Shown in pieces: positions 17,721 through 20,271 of a stretch of DNA of 20,271 nt. The notes beneath the pieces were generated by a model. That model had not been told where the DNA came from. It saw only the letters and a list, made by a program, of their open reading frames with translations, and searched no databases. The position numbers and the translations under genes are program-made. Origin of the DNA: Bdellovibrionota bacterium (GTDB taxonomy: Bacteria; Bdellovibrionota; UBA1018; UBA923); assembly GCA_040754655.1 (NCBI GenBank), contig JBFMCE010000038.1, positions 1-20,271 of the forward strand, read 5' to 3'. How positions within the stretch are numbered: the stretch's first letter is position 1; the number at the start of each line of letters is the position of its first letter.

Positions 17721-18149
17721 CTAAGCGCGTAGATGCGTGTGCCGATGCTCGATTGGTCTTCTTGGATCTCGCCAAAGCTCAAGCAAAACATCGTTTAGAT
17801 GTAGCCGTAAATTTTTGGCCGAAACGTGTACGAGTTCCTTGTTGACCGTTCGCACGTGCCCAAGGCTTCCGGCACGCTTGCCAAAATACGCACGCAACTT
17901 TCCCAGGAACCCAGGCTCAGCTACCAATACTAATTCGTCAAAGCGCCCTCGGCTTCGATCACGATCGAGCATGAAGGCCAGGTGCCTTGCGAATGCATCG
18001 GCATCACGGTCATGTGGCGTTTTTTCAGTCGGAACAATATATGGATTAGAAATCGTTTTTATTAGTTCAAGGCCATCCCGAATGGATCGGCTTTCAAAGA
18101 GCTTTGCGACGCTTCGGTTTGCGACTAAAATCCAAATGTCTTTGATCAT
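17721..18149 (-). CDS. Host-attachment (AtsE-like / baeRF12, aeRF1-superfamily) protein
   Basis: AAGGAG RBS. WILVANRSVAKLF at the N-terminus and FARHLAFML...FDELVLVAEPGFLGKLR...VNKELV are the characteristic Host_attach motifs. Confidence 0.85.
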   Translation of the reverse strand: MIKDIWILVANRSVAKLFESRSIRDGLELIKTISNPYIVPTEKTPHDRDADAFARHLAFMLDRDRSRGRFDELVLVAEPGFLGKLRAYFGKRAGSLGHVRTVNKELVHVSAKNLRLHLNDVLLELWRDPRRPIEHRHTHLRA

Positions 18150-18161
18150 AACGGCTCCTTT

Positions 18162-18488
18162 CTATTGCGTGAGTAGCGGCGCTTCTACGGACCGCGCGTA
18201 AAAACGTCGGCTATGCCATGTTTCAAGCTTCTCCTGCATTTTCTCTAAAAGCCGGTCAATGGTGAGCTTTGGATCATTTCCCACGACACTCACAAAAAAT
18301 GGCCCCCATTTTGAGCACACCTCAATGTGACCTGAATATTTGTCGCCGGATTTTTCGAGCACTGCCGAAACCGACGCGCCATAAGGAGCCAAATCCATCA
18401 CGCGTGACAGACAGGTATTGGCGTAGGATTCAACCTCGTCTGCAATTTCACAATTCTTGAAATAGAATCCTGGTGACATCGGTGACAT
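18162..18488 (-). CDS. Divergent HPF/RaiA-like (S30AE-fold) protein
   Basis: AAGGAGG RBS; 108 aa. FKNCEIADEVESYANTCLSRV parallels the HPF N-terminal beta-alpha unit. It is followed by three beta-like strands and a C-terminal helix (DPKLTIDRLLEKMQEKLETW) like the HPF D-x-x-x-A-I-D...K-L helix. The ORF is confident; the fold is inferred. Confidence 0.65.
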   Translation of the reverse strand: MSPMSPGFYFKNCEIADEVESYANTCLSRVMDLAPYGASVSAVLEKSGDKYSGHIEVCSKWGPFFVSVVGNDPKLTIDRLLEKMQEKLETWHSRRFYARSVEAPLLTQ

Positions 18489-18491
18489 AGC

Positions 18492-18704
18492 TTATGTTCC
18501 TCCTTGTGAATGCGAACTTGAATACCCATTTTCTGAGTGGTGGCTAACCTGCATACGAGGCGTCATAGGATTTTCCTCCTTGGTTGAGCTGAACCCCAGC
18601 GCCAGCGCAAGAACGAGCGAAATAATAGCGCACCAATAGAGCTGAGCTTCGTACTTTGCTTCATTCATGTAGTTTCTTGTTTTTGCAAAACTTCGCGCAT
18701 CCAT
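18492..18704 (-). CDS. Small single-TM hypothetical protein
   Basis: Strong AAAGGAGG RBS; 70 aa; one hydrophobic stretch (WCAIISLVLALALGF). The stop is 3 nt before the next gene's start. Confidence 0.7.
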   Translation of the reverse strand: MDARSFAKTRNYMNEAKYEAQLYWCAIISLVLALALGFSSTKEENPMTPRMQVSHHSENGYSSSHSQGGT

Positions 18705-18955
18705 ACGTCGTATCCTCCTTTGTTAATCGAATGAGTTTAAGTATTCGTTTAATTTAGGAAGACGTGCTGGCTATTAGACGCCACAAAGGCCGATCCTAGC
18801 CCTCTCGGCCTCAAGAAGCACGACCTACAATTTCGAAAATGTTTTCACTCTAAAATTTGTCAAGAGCGTCAAGCCTTGACAGAAAAAAAATCGGTCTCAA
18901 ATAAAAATATGAATGGTGCAGCCGCTAGTTTAAGTGGGCAAAAGCCTAAATGAAT

Positions 18956-18971
18956 TGGCACCGTTTGGGCT
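18956..18971 (+). promoter_or_regulatory. Possible sigma54 -24/-12 promoter
   Basis: TGGCAC-CGTTT-GGGCT has correct GG-N10-GC spacing, about 50 nt upstream of ATG 19023. The consensus TT before GC is missing. Confidence 0.35.
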
Positions 18972-19022
18972 CGTGTAAGAGCCTGATACTTTTGTATTTT
19001 TCAGGAATACGAAGGAGAGAAT

Positions 19023-19214
19023 ATGCAAACCTATCGCAGGACAGGAAAGTCAGGAAAAATCATTCACTTGCGCAAGTGGAGGCGCGTAATTCCTAAGTGG
19101 CCTTGCAATCTCTGCGGTAAACGCTTTAAGCGCCACTCTAAATTTGAGCGTTTCTGTGAGGAATGCAAGCACGACAACGAACTATACCGCTTTGCGGGCT
19201 GGATTTACGCCTGA
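19023..19214 (+). CDS. Small basic zinc-ribbon protein
   Basis: GAAGGAG RBS; 63 aa; CNLC-x13-CEEC; Lys/Arg-rich. Confidence 0.8.
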   Translation: MQTYRRTGKSGKIIHLRKWRRVIPKWPCNLCGKRFKRHSKFERFCEECKHDNELYRFAGWIYA

Positions 19215-19247
19215 CCCATCGACGTAAACTTACATGGAGGTTGTTTT

Positions 19248-19400
19248 ATGTTTGAACGATTTCAGTTTGAAAGCTTTGTCCCAACGGCGGAGCTTGAGTC
19301 ATCCGCCAATCTTCCTCTCGATAACGTCTTGGGTTTGGCTCCGCAGATTCGTCTTGGATTTAAAAACTTTCTACCTCCAAGGCTGTTTGCGTTTCGTTGA
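19248..19400 (+). pseudogene. Truncated/frameshifted paralog of the HPF-like gene at 18162-18488
   Basis: GGAGG RBS and ATG at 19248. This 50-aa ORF is absent from the supplied track. FQFESFVPTAELESSANLPLDNVLGLAP aligns without gaps to FYFKNCEIADEVESYANTCLSRVMDLAP, and similarity stops after LAP. Confidence 0.6.
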
Positions 19401-19719
19401 GGTTTCGTAAAACAATCAATGGTCGTATTTTCCGAGAGCCATCGCGATCAGCACAACATTGAGCAGTCCTACTACGAGATCCTCGATGTCCACCGGCCGC
19501 ATAAATCCTCCGCCAAGAGTCCCAAAAGCTGAATTGGATGCCATCAAAAGAAGCCGCGTTCCACTGAAGCCACAGAGAAGCCAAACAAAAGCCAAGCCGT
19601 GTGACAAACCGTGGTTTCGCGTGACGATTTCCTCGAAGCGATCTTTACAACCCGCTGAAACCTCTTGTTTTTAGTTTTGATGATTTATGGATTCTTGATT
19701 GGCGAAGCCGCCGGAGAAA

Positions 19720-19794
19720 TGGTAGGCGCGATTGGGATTGAACCAACGACCCCCACCGTGTCAAGGTGGTGCTCTCCCGCTGAGCTACGCGCCT
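19720..19794 (-). tRNA. tRNA-Val(GAC)
   Basis: The reverse complement is AGGCGCGTAGCTCAGCGGGAGAGCACCACCTTGACACGGTGGGGGTCGTTGGTTCAATCCCAATCGCGCCTACCA. It has an acceptor stem, D arm, anticodon arm CCACC-TTGACAC-GGTGG, T loop GTTCAAT and an encoded CCA. Confidence 0.97.
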
Positions 19795-19827
19795 ACAAAC
19801 AGACCAAATTTTGAAAGACGAACGAGA

Positions 19828-19856
19828 TCTATACCTCACCCAAACCGGGCTTTCAA
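19828..19856 (-). promoter_or_regulatory. Putative sigma70 promoter of tRNA-Val
   Basis: TTGAAA-17 nt-TATAGA on the - strand, ending 33 nt upstream of the tRNA 5' end. Confidence 0.5.
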
Positions 19857-19926
19857 GTTCAAGCCAAGCTAAGCTTCGAAAAACTTGCGCTAAGCCTCAA
19901 AAAGTAAGTTAGAAGCTCTTTTAACT

Positions 19927-20271
19927 ATGAGGGTATTGATCAGCGGAATCACTGGCTTTGTCGGAACAAGGCTTGCACATGTTTTAATCTCGAAGGGCTA
20001 TGAGGTCAGAGGGCTTAGCCGAAACCCAGCCAAGCCAACCCCTAGGCTGCCTTCTTCTTGCAAGCTGTTTTACTGGAATCCTGAAGACCTGACGTCTGCT
20101 ATTGATCCCGCCTCTCTTGAAAATATCGATGCGCTCATCCACCTGGCGGGTGAATCGATCACAGCCAAGCGCTGGAACGCCGTAGAGAAAAAGCGCATTC
20201 TTGATTCGCGCATCAGGGGAACCCGGGTTCTGGTAGAAAATATTCGCACTCGATGTGATAACTTAAAAATA
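19927..20271 (+). CDS. TIGR01777/YfcH-like NAD-dependent epimerase family protein (partial, runs off the right edge)
   Basis: Translated by hand: MRVLISGITGFVGTRL (Rossmann motif), DALIHLAGESITAKRWNAVEKKRILDSRIRGT. LAGE..RW...K..I.DSR..GT is the family signature. Confidence 0.9.
   Translation, partial: MRVLISGITGFVGTRLAHVLISKGYEVRGLSRNPAKPTPRLPSSCKLFYWNPEDLTSAIDPASLENIDALIHLAGESITAKRWNAVEKKRILDSRIRGTRVLVENIRTRCDNLKI

Noticed and set aside
18770..18783. Sigma54-like TGGCGTCTAATAGC on the - strand upstream of the three-gene operon
   Set aside because: GG-to-GC spacing is 9 nt rather than the required 10.
19416..19607. 63-aa hydrophobic ORF on the - strand
   Set aside because: TTG start with no clear RBS and no recognisable family. 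It may be a gene fragment but cannot be supported.
19614..19627. GTTTCGCGTGACGA resembling parS
   Set aside because: Only 10/14 match to the GTTTCACGTGAAAC core and the palindrome is broken.

Overview
Bacterial chromosomal window of roughly 50% GC. Gene content and protein style suggest a Bdellovibrionota/deltaproteobacterial-type genome (inference). From left to right it holds: the 3' end of a + strand gene; a bidirectional terminator; a - strand Cys-rich lipoprotein; guaA; dnaE; a secreted protein; a CsgG/FlgT-like lipoprotein; an AI-2E transporter; and a complete pstSCAB-phoU-phoB-phoR operon with 11-bp-periodic upstream boxes. Next come a ~290-bp non-coding element of long interleaved inverted repeats, a 4-TM membrane protein, and a - strand three-gene operon (small TM protein, HPF/RaiA-like protein, host-attachment/baeRF-like protein). 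Divergent from that operon are a Zn-ribbon microprotein and a truncated HPF-like paralog. The window ends with tRNA-Val(GAC) and the 5' part of a TIGR01777-type epimerase. The most notable observations are: (1) the A-B-A'-B' interleaved palindrome after phoR, whose only mismatches are G-U wobbles on the + strand; (2) a palindromic, 84-nt-period tandem element with compensatory base changes between guaA and dnaE; (3) a candidate ribosome-hibernation module; (4) a PhoB with a rewired recognition helix alongside non-canonical Pho boxes. No integrase, transposase, reverse transcriptase or CRISPR array was seen.
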